Positions 1 to 12,635 of a DNA stretch of 32,363 nucleotides are shown here, piece after piece. The notes below the pieces were generated by a model. That model worked only from the letters and a program-made list of their open reading frames with translations. It had not been told where the DNA came from and made no database searches. This DNA comes from Macrostomum lignano (taxonomy: Eukaryota), in the NCBI GenBank assembly GCA_002269645.1, contig NIVC01004886.1, forward strand, positions 1 to 32,363, written 5' to 3'. Both the position numbers and the translations under genes were made by a program. Each line of letters begins with the position of its first letter. The stretch's first letter is position 1.

Positions 1-719
1 TATCAGGGATGTAAATCTAATGAACTGTTCTATCTACGAGCTAGCTCTACCTTGTCCCAGAGGCTTCAACCAGTCATTTTAATCGAAAGGATATTTAGTG
101 TGTTAAAAAGTGTTTTATTCAAAAAACAATTAAATGAAATGCAGATATCGAAGTGGGAGCACAAAAGTCAATGTTGCAAATACGAACGCGAAGTGAAATA
201 AAAGAGAGAGAGAGAGAAAGGGAGATAGGAGAGAGACAGAGCAGACAGAGAGGTTGAAGCTAAGGATTTTCAGTAGACATTATTAATAATATTAGCAATA
301 AGGATAAACATAATTATAAGCACGATGGACTGCAGTACATAAGAATACTCGTATGTGTGTTGCTTCTTCATTTTCTGGTCACGCTATTCTCATATTAATA
401 GACAATAGCTGATAGACCTTTGTTGTGCACCGAAGCAGACCAACTAAAAAGGATCAAGCATTGTTGATCTTTATTAGTGCTTCGGTCCATTTGTATTTTT
501 TTTCATTTACGGTGCCGCCTTTGCAGTCAAAGAGAGCGCGCATCAATGCAGCTGTTTGCGGACCGTTTTCTAGAGCTGTTTTTAGCGCGTGCTGAAACTT
601 GAACGGAGAAAATTTTCATCAAGTAAAATTGTAATTGGTTTCTTGATATTGAAATTATTCAGTATCATATTATTGATCTATTTAAACCGTTACTGATTCC
701 ATCGATTTCATGAAAATCT

Positions 720-1190
720 TATTGATTTCATTGATCTCATTGTTATAATTGATCTCATAAATCTCATTGATCTCATTGATCTCACCGATCTCATTGATCT
801 CACCGATCTCATTGTTATAATTGATCTCATAAATCTCATCGATCTCATTGATCTCATTGATCTCAGTGAACTCATTGTTATAATTGATCTCATAAATCTC
901 ATCGATCTCATTGATCTCATTGATCTCATTGTTATAATTGATCTCATAAATCTCATTGATCTCATTGATCTCATTGATCTCAGTGAACTCATTGTTATAA
1001 TTGATCTCATAGATCTCATCGATCTTATTGATCTTATTGATCTCACCGATCTCATTGTTATAATTGATCTCATAAATCTCATCGATCTCATTGATCTCAC
1101 CGATCTCATTGTTATAATTGATCTCATAAATCTCATCGATCTTATTGATCTCATTGATCTCAGTGAACTCATCGATCTCATTAATCTCAC
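720..1190. repeat. 9-bp (GATCTCATT) tandem array with higher-order TGTTATAATT spacers
   Basis: Direct inspection. It explains the MRS-repeat ORF 708..1271. Confidence 0.9.
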
Positions 1191-2051
1191 TGATTGTTTT
1201 GAAGTCATTATTTTGATTGACCGCATTTTCTCTCTTTTCGATCTCATTGGCATAATTAATTGGATTTTCATCTCTGCATATTTAATTGATTTATTAACCG
1301 ATAAATTGATTGACTGACTAATTTCTGCTAATCATCGGAAAGAAAATAATGCAAATTACACATAGATTTAATTGGTCTCCAGAAGAACAAATCGACAGGG
1401 GGGGGCATATATTTAGCACAGATAAACCCGAACCAAATAAAAAGTTTGTGTCGCACTTGAAGGCCAAAAATTAAGAGCACAGGCGGTGATAAACCCGATG
1501 AGAAGAACGTTTGCACAATTGCAGTTCTGCTGGTTTAATAGCTCGATTATACATAGGAAAATATATATCAACAATTATGGCTGAAAAAAAAAATTTTCAT
1601 GATTTCTCCAATTTTAAAAAAAATTAAAAAATTTAAAATTTAAAAATTTCCCAAGAAAAGAAAGAAACTGCGGAATGGACGGATAAGTTGATAAAGGTTC
1701 CATTTTGGGTAAAGTTATGTGTCTATCAGAAACAGGCTAGTGTCTTGAAGTCATGCAAAAATATAATATTGGATTATTTTCCTTTTATCATGCAGAATCA
1801 AAAGGAAAAAACTTAAAAAATTGCACTACGAAAATGGGGAGAGTTTACAACGGAATTATTTTCAAACAGTGATGAATGTGTAGCTTGAGTTTATCTAAAA
1901 AATATTTCTCAATTTCAATTTCAATTTTCAATCTGCTTTAAAGTTTCAAATAAAGTTTGCTAACGATTTTTTAAAGGGAATAAGACTCTTGAAATCTAAG
2001 CACAAAAACCTCGTTTGCACTACTGACAGTAGCTAGTAGACGAGTAGTAAA

Positions 2052-3695
2052 TCAAAGGATGCTATCCCAGTTAAAGTCGTCTTCAACAACATCTTGGCCA
2101 GCATCGTGAGCCGGCCGGTGCGGCTGCTGCTGGCTTGGCGGCTGATGGTGGCCCCAGCGTGGCGGCAGCGGCGGCGGCGGCTGCGATCGAGCGGTCGCTT
2201 GGGCCTGACGCCGCTGCACATCGCTGCCGACAGTCGGCAGCGGGATGACGGCTGCCGTCGCTGCCGCTGGTCCGGCGCCACCCAGGCCGCCTTGATAGAC
2301 GTTGGACTCGGCAGCGGCGGGCGGGCGCGAGCCGGAGCGGCAGTGATCCCACAGGTCGTGCAGGGCGCTGTCCGACAGCTGGAAGCTGTCCTTCAACTGT
2401 GGCAGCATTCGCTGCACAAAGTCCAGCGTTGAAGCTGACAGGTCAGGTGGTTGGCAGGGCGCGCTAACGCCGCTGCCGCTGCTGCCGCCGCTGCCGCCGC
2501 TGCCGCCGCCGCCGCCAATCTCGATGCTAGCAAAAGCGCCGCTGCTGCCACCCGAGGAGGATTCGCCGAGCAGGGAGCGGCAGATTGTCTGCAGAGAAGC
2601 GCTCAGACTGAGCTGGTCTGTTGTGCCAGCCGACGGTGGTGACAGTGGCGGTGGCGGCGGAGTCAGACAGGGTGACGGATCCGGCCGGTTGGGAAGCTGC
2701 ATTGTTGCTGACGGCGCTGGCAGCTGCTGGGGCGCCTGAGCACCGGCCGACTCGGGAGCGAAGGCGGCTCCGAGCACCTGGTCGCTCTGGCTACCCATGA
2801 GTGCGGCCAAAGCGCCAACGGTGCTGTCTGTCAGAAGTCCGTCTTGGCCAGAGACACCGCTGGCCGCTAGTGGGGCCTGTTGCGGTGCCTCGCTCATGAA
2901 GCTGGCAAATCCCGGGGAGGAAGTGTTGCCGTTTTTAACGGCGCCAAGATCGACAACTCCATGCTGAGGATGTTGGTCGCCAGAGTCTGTCACAGTTATG
3001 GTTGGCATCCGCGTGGCTGAACTGGCCTGCGTGCTTTCGGGTCGGAATCCTTCTCTTAGACTCCAATAGCAGCCTTTACCCAGGTCGCCCTTGTCTCTTG
3101 GTACTTTGATGAAGCATTTGTTAAGAGACAGATTGTGCCGGATAGAATTCTAAAAGTTTATAAATATTTATTTTGGGTGGCTTCTGTATGCGAAACATGA
3201 ATAGTTTTCTTTATAAATCTACTTGATCAAATTTTAATCGAATATGCAATCAAGTTGTGATCGTTTTCAGAAAATTGCAAATCCAGTTTTTCAATTAATA
3301 AAAACGTATTTATGTGTTGCGTCAGTAGAACATTCAAAAAAGCAAAAAATCATTTATGTAAAAATTCAGTCAAAATATAACAATATACCTACCTTCCAAC
3401 CATTTCGAGCATCCTTATAATATGGAAAGTTGTCAGTGATCCATTTATATATTTGACGCAATGACATTCGCTTCGATCTGGTGCTTGAAATAGCAAATTT
3501 AATTAAAGTAGAATAGCTGTGGGATGGCTTCCCAGTCTCTCGCTCGATTGGTCGAAAATCCTCAAAGTGTTTCGAGCTTGATGGATTTGTGAGCGACAAG
3601 CTTGATTCCAGGAGCTCATTTTTTGCAGGAGTGATGTTTACATCGACTGCAGATAGCCAGTCCATTGTAGTTAGACTGTTATCACACTCTGCCAT
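2052..3695 (-). CDS. FoxJ2/3: Forkhead transcription factor, FoxJ2/3-like; 2 coding exons (3393-3695, 2052-3149), 466 aa
   Basis: Exon 1 ends ...[13 protein letters not shown] at AAG|GTAGGT (intron 3150-3392, phase 0). The acceptor TTTTAG| resumes [31 protein letters not shown], in frame with ORF 2052..3008. The forkhead domain is complete. The N-terminal SLTTMDWL and C-terminal DDFNWDSIL motifs resemble FoxJ2/J3 as I know them. Confidence 0.9.
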
Positions 3696-6600
3696 TTTTA
3701 AAGCTTATCACACGGTCTTTTAACGTAAAAGAATGTGTGAAATAAATAAGAACCACCAATCATCAATAAAATGAGCGCTTAAACAGAAGTCAAATATTCA
3801 TTCAAACAGTCATTTCCCATAACAGTAAAAAAATCTAGCTGCAAAAAAACTTAAAGCAGTTTTAAAAGCTTAAAGAAAAAATATTATGTGAAGTTATTAA
3901 TAAATTACTTTTTATTGTATATATTTTGTTATAAAAACTATTTTTTGCTTGTACCGGTTTTCCGTTTTCCGTGAACGTTAATGAAAATTTGCTTTTGTCG
4001 TTTTGATTCTCAGTCAAAAGCAGTCAGTCATAAGTCATGTCATGACATGCAGTAGTCATGCAGCAGGGCCTAGCACCTTTTTTATAAATATGTAAAAATG
4101 ATATTGGTTTAATAATAATAGGCCAATAGACCTATATAGGCTAAAATATAGCCAGGGTCATGGTAGGGCCTTAGGGTATGCCTAAGCCTAGGCCTACTAC
4201 ACCTTCCTCTTCTAGGCCCTACACAGCCCTGGGCCCTATTGGCTAGGGCCTACATTTTTCCCAGGACCCAGGCATGCTGCATAATGCAGTAGCCAGTAGC
4301 CTCATAGCCTATGGTGTAGGCCTAGTACGGGGTCAATTTTTTGGCAAAGGCCTACTATGTAAGCTTTTGAGTATAGGCCTAGGTAGGCCTAGGGAGGGCT
4401 AAAGTTAATAAGTCTAGGCCTACCCTAGCTTTGTTGAAAAGATAATTTAAATGAAAATGGCATAGCCATAGGCATCTAGATTAAAGTTTATACTAGAAAA
4501 ACAAATTTACTCATGATATATTAATAGGCCTATAATATGGTAATATGCTGGATATTATCAGAGGTGTAGGACCAAGACTGCCACATACCAAGACCACCAC
4601 ACTTGGGGAGCTAAGGGAGAAATTTGAATTTATGTGTTATTAGATGGTGCTAGAGAGGAGATGAGTGGGTAGGAGAGCCAGCAGCGAGAAAGGAACCTAT
4701 GGCTATGAGAGGAATAGCAATGCTAGAAGATTGGTAGCTCTCCCTCAATATCAGTAGCCAGTAATAGCTGTGGTGGTCTTGGTGTGTGGTGGTCTTGGTC
4801 ATGCGCCTTATCAGAAAAGTGTTGCAACAACAAAGGACTTTTTTTGCATTGCAACAATATAAGACTTTTTTGAATTAGGCCCCTACAACATTTAAGTTTT
4901 TTGTATACCAATGGCTATGCCATATGCCGGGTTTATAGCTCAATTTTTTGGCAGACTTTGTATACCCAATATGGCGATACTTTATGCCAACCATTTTTTT
5001 ATATCAATTTTATGTTAGAATTTTCTATTATACCATGTATATTTCTATTTTCTAGTAGACCTACTACTATTTCTATAAGGATTTAATTTAGCTTAGGAAG
5101 ATTCTCCAAGATATATTATCAGCTTCTGTTAAAATAATATTTCTAGATAGTTTTTACTAATTTAGCTTATGCATATAGCATTAAAAAGTAGTAACTTCTT
5201 GGCTGACAAGTGACATTGTGAATGCCCAAGCAGTAGTAGGTTGTGACTTGTGAGTGTGCCTCTTCCACAGGCCAACAACTCCATGACTATGTCCACAAGT
5301 CATGTGCATTTGTTTTGGAATGTGCAGACTACTAGTGCTACTATATAGTATGTAATATATGTATATACATTTATATTGCTTTGCATAGTAATTTTCTCAC
5401 ATTAGTCACATGATAAAAAAAGTAATTTGCAGCATTGTTATAACATATAAGAATGGTACAACAAGGATGATACTAGAAAAATATCAATCTCAGGATAATC
5501 CCACAATCCCAAGATTTGACATTTCCTAATCCTGGGATCCTGGGATTGACAGAAACTGGGATTTTGTGACCCCTACTTTGAACCACTTTTTAACAACAAA
5601 AATTTGCCCCTTGCTCTATCATAACCCTATCCTAGTCTCTAGACATAAGAGCTCTCCCTACATTGAAAGTGAAATTATTCATTTTAATTTTAGCCTTCAG
5701 TTAACCTAGCTATAATATAACATGTTATGCCATATAATATGTGATATCAAAACTCTATTGTTAAAGTTTCTAAATCTATATAGAAACTTAATAGCTTCCC
5801 TTTGAAAATGGAAACATTTATCTTAATTTTAGTCTTATTACCTAATTACAATATAGACATGGTATTGAAATCTCTGTTGTTTAAATATTATATTCTAGTT
5901 TTAGGGACTTATTAAGAGTTCCTCTCACTTTGAAACTGGCAATATTCATTTATCTCTACCTATATCAGATCAATAGTTCCAATGGTTTTTCAAGTCTCAG
6001 TTACTGAGATATGGGAACTAGAGAAAATGTGTTCCTATATCTATATGCTTTTTCTAAAAACCTTTGTATCCATAACTTCCTATAGCCATATCTATAGCTA
6101 AGGTGGAACTCTAACAACAACAAAGTATGCAAGGTCATGGAGCAAGGTATATTAGATAGTGTGCTGCAGAGCCTGAGAACAGACTAAGTCTGCCCAATTG
6201 GCAGTGTTGAGCAAGTGCCCCAGTGTTGCATAGTAGGCAGTCCATGTATTGACAAGTTTGGGCATGACCTTGCCTAAATGGGCCCTGCAAGGTGAGCAGC
6301 AGAATGTTTTGAATGGGTTTTGGGTGGGGTAATAGCCCTTGGCCCAGATCAAGTGGCTGCCAATTGAAGTCACCACTGGCACAAGATGATGGATAGGCCT
6401 TGTAGCTTGGCCCAATCATACAGAGCCTTGGTCCCGATGCTCTTGCCAGTTTGAATATTTATACAACAGTAGTTATTATATGAGTATTCAAATATCTATG
6501 AATATAGTCTGGATATCAAAGAATCCTAATAGTGATAAAATCATAGATATGTTCAAATAAACTATGAATTATAGAAAGGAATTCTAAAATGTGTAAGTTA

Positions 6601-6747
6601 AACAAGCTAGGTGCCAATTTGGCATCTAGGGTCCAAATTCAGGATGCCAAAATTAGTTTGTCATCACAAGCTATAGTGCAAAAAACCTAGATGCTAATAG
6701 TCTTATGTTAACAGCTTAAAATTTTGACCTACAGAATTGCCAGCAAA

Positions 6748-7284
6748 ATGTCGGACAACAGTGCCAGTGCAGGCAACGCCATTAGCAGTTTTGATCAGCT
6801 TCGCCAAGAATGCGAGCTGACTGTGCAGTCTGTGTGCGACAGTCTGGCCAACCGCCTGCCTGCTGATTGCGATTTAGCCAAGATGCAGTCAGCTGTGCTG
6901 GCAGATTTCACCGAGTTTTTAGCCAACATAACCGCTGGCGAGTCAGTTGAAGCTGGCTGCGCTAAACTCGATCAGGCCAATGCCCGGCCGCTTCCCGACG
7001 GCCGGTTGGCATGGCGACCGCCGCTGGATCTGCCTGGACCAGATCGGCCCAGGGCTATCTGTCGCGACGCCACCTATGCCGACCTGCTGGCCTATCACGA
7101 CTGGCTGCGTCAGCACTGCGCCAGCCTGCTTAATGAGTGCCGCGATTTGCGCGCTAATCTACGCGCCGAATTGGCGCAAGCCGATGCTAACGTGATTGAA
7201 TTGGAGGCGCAAGCCGAGGTGCTTAGCTGTCTGGCTGGGTCAGCTGATCAATTCAATCTGGATCCCCGGCTGCTCCCTGAGTGA
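6748..7284 (+). CDS. Probable PMF1/Nnf1-like MIS12-complex kinetochore subunit, 178 aa, no coding intron
   Basis: ATG at 6748 in AAAATG context. The protein is helical with an AWRP motif followed by a coiled-coil C-terminal half, the layout and size I recall for PMF1/Nnf1. Identity rests on the motif only. Confidence 0.55.
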   Translation: MSDNSASAGNAISSFDQLRQECELTVQSVCDSLANRLPADCDLAKMQSAVLADFTEFLANITAGESVEAGCAKLDQANARPLPDGRLAWRPPLDLPGPDRPRAICRDATYADLLAYHDWLRQHCASLLNECRDLRANLRAELAQADANVIELEAQAEVLSCLAGSADQFNLDPRLLPE

Positions 7285-7319
7285 CAATGCCAACTAGAAT
7301 TTGTTCGTTTGTTTAATAC

Positions 7320-7615
7320 CTTTGATCCTGCCGCTACTCCCTGTCTATCAGCGTTTAGACCTTGCCGCTAATCCCTATCTTATCGATCCTTTGATATTGC
7401 CGCTACTCCCTATCTTATCGATCCTTTGATCTTGCCGCTACTCCCTATCTTATCGATCCTTTGATCTTGCCGCTACTCCCTATCTTATCGATCCTTTGAT
7501 CTTGCCGCTACTCCCTATCTTATCGATCCTTTGATCTTGCCGCTACTCCCTATCCTATCGATCGTTTGATCTTGCCGCCACTCCCTGTTTCATCGATACT
7601 TTAATCCTGCTGCTA
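7320..7615. repeat. 35-bp minisatellite, about 8 copies
   Basis: CTTGCCGCTACTCCCTATCTTATCGATCCTTTGAT with period 35 (7441, 7476, ...). Confidence 0.9.
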
Positions 7616-7994
7616 TTATTATGTCACAGTATTGTTTACCTTTGGATCCCTTAATCAGCGGCTCATATACAATCTAACCCTGATTGTGTACTTGTCCTCC
7701 TGGTGTCAGTTAAAGCTTATTAATTTATTACCGCAAGCGTTTTTTCGCGTTAATTACTTTGTGTGCTAGTTAAGATGTTTTGCATTTTGCATCGCACTAG
7801 CGAGGAAAAATTTTTTGTTTTTAGCTTGTTCAATTTCTACTCATTTTTGCTACAGTTTTTGTTATCAACAACCGTTTATTTTCCGTTCATACATAAGTAA
7901 ATTGTCTCAGCAGTTATTCTTTTTGCATCAATCGCACTGATTGAAAAATGAGTTACTTTTTGTTTAAACATACTTCTAGCTACCACCGCTCTCC

Positions 7995-8640
7995 CAGATC
8001 CTCAGTTGCTAGGCCAGCCTCCCAGATCCTCAATTTCTGGGCCACCAGCCTCCTAGATCCTCAGTTGCTGGGCCACCAGCCTTCCAGAGCCTCAGTTGCT
8101 GGGCCAGCCTCCCAGATCCTCAATTTCTGGGCCACCAGCCTCCTAGATCTTCAGTTGCTGGGCCAGCCTCCCAGATCCTCAATTTCTGGGCCACCAGCCT
8201 CCTAGATCCTCAGTTGCTGGGCCACCAGCCTTCCAGAGCCTCAGTTGCTGGGCCAGCCTCCCAGATCCTCAATTTCTGGGCCACCAGCCTCCTAGATCTT
8301 CAGTTGCTGGGCCAGCCTCCCAGATCCTCAGTTGCTGGGCCACCAGCCTCCCAGATCCTCAGTTGCTGGGCCAGCCTCTCAGATCCTCAGTTGCTGGACC
8401 AACCTCCCAGATCCTCAGTTGCTGGGCCAGCCTCCCAGATCCTCAGTTTCTGGGCCACCAGCCTCCTAGATCCTCAGTTGCTAGGCCAGCCTCCCAGATC
8501 CTCAGTTTCTGGGCCACCAGCCTCCTAGATCCTCAGTTGCTGGGCCAGCCTTCCAGATCCCTAGTTGCTGGGCCAGCCTCCCAGATCCTCAGCTGCTGGG
8601 CCAGCCTCCCAGATCCTCAGCTGCTGGGCCACCCCCACCC
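7995..8640. repeat. 28-31-bp minisatellite with variant units
   Basis: CTCCCAGATCCTCAGTTGCTGGGCCA(CCA)GC variants. It ends 88 bp before the RPL24 ATG. Confidence 0.9.
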
Positions 8641-8727
8641 CAGATCGCCCCCAGTTTAACCTTGTTGCTAATCTGCCAATCGAACGGTCTCGCGCAACCC
8701 TCCATTGATGCTCAAAGCATCTCAAGC

Positions 8728-9210
8728 ATGAAGCTCGAACTGTGCAGCTTCTCCGGCTTCAAGGTTTACCCCGGCCGCGGCCGCTGGCTGATCCGCACGG
8801 ACGGCAAGACCTTCCACTTCCTGAACTCGAAGTGCGAGCGCTCCCACTTCCAGAAGAAGAACCCGCGCGAGGTCAGCTGGACTGTGCTGTACAGGCGCAA
8901 GCACAAGAAGGGCCAGGTGGAGGAGGCCGCCAAGAAGAAGTCGCGCAAGTCGCACAAGGCCATCCGCGCTGTGGCCGGCCTGTCCATGGCCGACCTCATG
9001 GCCAAGCGGAACCAGAAGCCGGAGTTCCGCAAGGCCCAGCGCGAACAGGCGGTCCGCAACGCCAAGGAGAAGGCCAAGGCAAAGGAAGCCGAGAAGAAGG
9101 CGCAGAAGCAGGCCGAGGCCAAGCAGGCTCGGGCTGGCGGCGCCGGCCAGAAGCAGAAGGCAGCCAAGGTGGTGAAGCCGAGCGCGCCGCGAGTTGGCGG
9201 CAAGCGCTAA
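8728..9210 (+). CDS. RPL24: 60S ribosomal protein L24 (eL24), 160 aa, intronless CDS
   Basis: [62 protein letters not shown] ... APRVGGKR is a clear eL24 sequence. Codons are strongly GC3. AATAAA at 9290-9295. The true start is M at 8728, not 8662. Confidence 0.97.
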   Translation: MKLELCSFSGFKVYPGRGRWLIRTDGKTFHFLNSKCERSHFQKKNPREVSWTVLYRRKHKKGQVEEAAKKKSRKSHKAIRAVAGLSMADLMAKRNQKPEFRKAQREQAVRNAKEKAKAKEAEKKAQKQAEAKQARAGGAGQKQKAAKVVKPSAPRVGGKR

Positions 9211-9870
9211 TAGCAAGCAGACTGGCAGTACAATAGCATAACAATTCGAGGCTGGATTTGACATTGCGACATTTCTGATTATTGTCTATAATAAATTCAG
9301 AAATACACGATGACACACTGGGCAGTGTCAACCACAGATACTATAAACACTAGATAGGCCGCTCAGGCTAATTTTCTGGGCAAGTTTTTTATTCTACTTT
9401 CTGCTTAGTAGCAATGAAAGGAAGCAACAGTATTATTTGCTAAATTAGACAAATCGAGTGACTGTTTTTAAGACATCGTTTTGCTAACGCCATAAACAAC
9501 TAACTTGTTTTGTGCAGTAATGGTGTACATTAAGACGCGACAGACAGTGTGCAATGCCGCTATCTTTCAAAGTGGAGGAAGGGGGGTAGTCTGGAATAGG
9601 GTTAATATCAGTTTCGTATAAGGCAGGGTGAGTGGATCGATAATTTAGGCCTACTGGTGGTGGGATAGAAAATAAAGGACTGCACATAGCTAGCCTGGGT
9701 TAGGGGTGGGGTGGGGGTTGAGAGGTTGTGGGTTAGAAAATTTGGGGGTGGCGAATCGTGCTTAAATACAAGCTTATATAGATGAACAGGACAAGAGTCA
9801 GAGTTAAAGAAAGTTCGAGTGCATACTAGCTTTTCTATCTAATCTTGTACTCGAGAAATGTTTTGATTCG

Positions 9871-11003
9871 AACCACTGCTGTGCTCCCACTTGCACGAGC
9901 TTTGTACTAGTGCTATTAACATCCGAGAAAGAAAAATCCGTTGCGAATGCATAAATTACCAAAAGATGACACTGGCGAAGCGCTGGCAGCAGCTACTACA
10001 GGAGCGTGGATATTGATCTTTATAAACAATTAAATCACGGGGCCTCCGTGTGTTCAGCTTGCACTTTATGGACGAGGCCTACTGCTGCCTTACAAAGTGC
10101 CACGGATGTGCAAGACATCTGTTTTCGCTGGGACGCAATCCCACACCAAGAGTTGATGCTGCCTCGGCTCGTTCAAATAGACCAGCTACCCTCTGTGCAA
10201 AGGACTGATAAACGATGAAGAGGCAGACGACATGTACCCTCCAGTGCTGGGGCCAATTAGCAATCTATCTGCAGCCGAGCCTGCGACTTGCCTGCTGCCA
10301 GTGCTGTGGCAGAGCAACCTTCGGCTACCAGATTCTGCGCCGAGAACAGCTGTTGCGGCTGAAAGCTCTCACCTCTGCAGCCGATTCGCGGGTTCCAAGC
10401 GCTAGAGGCAAAGATCAAGCGGCTGCAGCAACGATCCCGAAAGTGACAGGCGAATCAAGCGGCTGCAGCGGCAATCCCGAAAGTGACAGGCGAATCAAGC
10501 GGCTGCAGCGGCAATCCCGAAAGCGACAGGCAAATCAAGCGGCTGCAGCGGCAATCCCGAAAGCGACAGGCAAATCAAGCGGCTGCAGCGGCAATCCCGA
10601 AAGCGACAGGCAAATCAAGCGGCTGCAGCGGCAATCCCGAAAGCGACAGGCAAATCAAGCGGCTGCAGCGGCAACTCTCGATGGTCAAGGCAAGTGCAGC
10701 GCAGTCGTGCATCCATGGACTGTGGAGGCGTGGCTAGCGCAGCTTCCAGCGGTCGACTGGGCGGCAGGGCGCTCGCAGTCAGGGGTGCTCTGGTCAAAGG
10801 ATGTCATCTCATCAGCAGCTCATTGCAGCTGCACCACAAAAGTCCTGCTGCTTATCGGCTGCCTGTTACGAAACCACTGAGGATTGGCTCCATCGGATAC
10901 ATCCCTGGACCTTGAAGTGGCGCATTCGCCAGTTTTTTTCATCTGTTGGGCCGTTCTGAATGCTGCCTCTGAACAAGGGCGACTGGCGACCCTGTTCTTC
11001 GAC
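9871..11003 (+). pseudogene. Decayed THAP-domain P-type transposase (N-terminal part)
   Basis: Fragments in shifting frames: NHCCAPTC (9871), HKLPKD, AKRWQQL, RVFSLHF (CSxHF mutated), RWDAIP (THAP end), WSKDVIS + LQLHHKSPAAYRL (about 10791-10861), and GRLATLFFD (to 11003, first catalytic-Asp region). Confidence 0.7.
10408..10672. repeat. 40-bp tandem repeat, about 6.5 copies, inside the P element
   Basis: AATCAAGCGGCTGCAGCGGCAATCCCGAAAGYGACAGGCR with period 40 (10441, 10481, ...). Confidence 0.9.
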
Positions 11004-11904
11004 AGCACGCTGCGAGTTTCACAAACAGATGAGCTGATTAAGATGAGAAATCTTTCTATTTTGCTTCACGAATATGGATTATGGAGTATATGATATAGCT
11101 CGTATTTGCTAAATATACAATAGTAGACTGCAATAATATAGCCTTCTATGCAATCTAAAGCATTCACAATGTTGCTTTGAATTGTGGAAAGTATAATTAT
11201 AAGTTTCTTTTTGCAAAAAATCAATACAATTGCTGCATTGCATTCATCTGTTTTTTTATTTTAAAAAAATATAAATAACGCTAAAATGTTTTTACTACTA
11301 CTAAGCAGAAAGTAGAGTAAACTGTCGTGTTGTGAAAATTGGCTGGAGTGGCCTATCTAGTGTTTATAGTATCTGTGGTGTCAACTGCCTGCGATGGATG
11401 GCCGACTTTCGTATTGAAAGCTTGCTTTGGAAAGAAAAAAAAATATTGACTTCTGGTTTTTATTACAATGCGTCATATTTATATAGTAGCCAGAAATAAG
11501 CTAATCTGTACCGAATTTAAATTTACGCAAAATGGGAACATTGTAAAGCAATAATTGGGCATCAGAAATTGATTTATTATGCAACCAATTGTGTCAACTG
11601 ACGCCTGCATCAGCGCGCACTTTCTACTACTTGAAGTAGCAAAAGGCACAAGAGCTCACTAGTTTAGAATCCCTGCGTGATCTCAACCAGTGGCTAGTCC
11701 AAAATGCGAGTAGCAAGTAGCATAAGTCTACATGTGCAGTACAGTTATCACGGACAGCTGGATTAGAGGGACGCTGCACTCAATTTTTTAGTAGCCTAAT
11801 TTGTCTATGGCCAAACCCCATTCAGCGCTATGCGTTCGTTCCTTACCGGCCTCCAGCTTATTTCTAAGAAAACCTTCTCGAGCTGCGCGTTTGGATTATT
11901 GGAT

Positions 11905-12015
11905 TTTGCGCGCTTATACCAGTGCGCGCTTATACTATTGCGCACTTATGGCACTGCGCGTTTATACCAGTGCACACATACCAGTGCGCGCTTTCGTTAG
12001 TGCGCGCTTATACAT
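11905..12015. repeat. Short degenerate GCGCGCTTATACCAGT-type repeat
   Basis: About six imperfect copies. Confidence 0.6.
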
Positions 12016-12276
12016 AGCTATGTAGTTGAGTGCGCTTGCACTGGTTATGAAGGTGCCTCGATGATGATTCTCCACTCATATTTAGCCCACATTCGACATT
12101 AATATTCTCATCATCACTGGGACAAACGGCCATGTATTTCTCTTATCCAAACCAGGTTATTTATCTCGCAAATGTATTTAATTAACACCTGAAAAAGTTG
12201 AGATCTAAAATTTTCTTTCGTGTCATAGTTATTGGTAACTCGATCCCTTCATTAGAAATGCTTTGCTTTATAACAA

Positions 12277-12635
12277 AGGGGGTTGCAGCCTAGATAGGGG
12301 ATTGTAGCCTTAGATAGGGGATTGTAGCCTTAGATAGGGGATTGTAGCCTTAGCTAAGGGATTTTAGCCTTGTATAGGGGATTGTAGCCTTGTATAGGGG
12401 ATTGTAGCCTTAGATAGGGGATTGTAGCTTTGTATAGGGGATTGTAGCCTTAGATAGGGGATTTTAGCCTTAGATAGGGGATTGTAGCCTTAGATAGGGG
12501 ATTGTAGCCTTAGAAAGGGGATTGTAGCCTTAGAAAGGGGATTGTAGCCTTAGAAAGGGATTGTAGCCTTAGATAGGGGATTGTAGCCTTAGAAAGGGAT
12601 TGTAGCCTTAGATAGGGGATTGTAGTTTAGTATAA
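12277..12635. repeat. 20-bp minisatellite (GGGGATTGTAGCCTTAGATA), about 17 copies, abutting the SINE head
   Basis: Direct inspection. Confidence 0.9.

Larger units (their letters stand above)
9333..11377 (+). mobile_element. P-superfamily (THAP9-like) DNA transposon, internally deleted and decayed, 2045 bp
   Basis: Perfect 28-bp TIRs CACAGATACTATAAACACTAGATAGGCC (9333-9360 / 11350-11377), extending imperfectly to about 44 bp. Exact 8-bp TSD GTGTCAAC (9325-9332 / 11378-11385). Frameshifted THAP and transposase motifs lie inside. Confidence 0.88.

Noticed and set aside
708-1271. MRS-repeat ORF and the other repeat-derived ORFs (7948-8659, 17435-17998, 18873-19512, 20984-21708, 22299-23200, 24303-24853, 25274-25810)
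   Set aside because: They are translations of stop-free tandem repeats.
4570-4800. About 31-bp inverted repeats enclosing about 170 bp (MITE-like)
   Set aside because: Imperfect, no TSD, single copy in the window; cannot be classified.
6135-6419. Minus-strand 87-aa ORF with a CxxH motif (possible transposase remnant or exon)
   Set aside because: No other motifs, termini or convincing splice partners; it needs a homology search.
8728-9210. RPL24 as a processed pseudogene
   Set aside because: The ORF is intact with strong codon bias and has its own AATAAA; no poly(A) tract or TSD is visible.
8722-9331. Antisense and alternate-frame ORFs over RPL24, FoxJ, ANK, kinase and follistatin-like exons
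   Set aside because: They are expected shadows of GC3-rich coding sequence and have no independent motifs.
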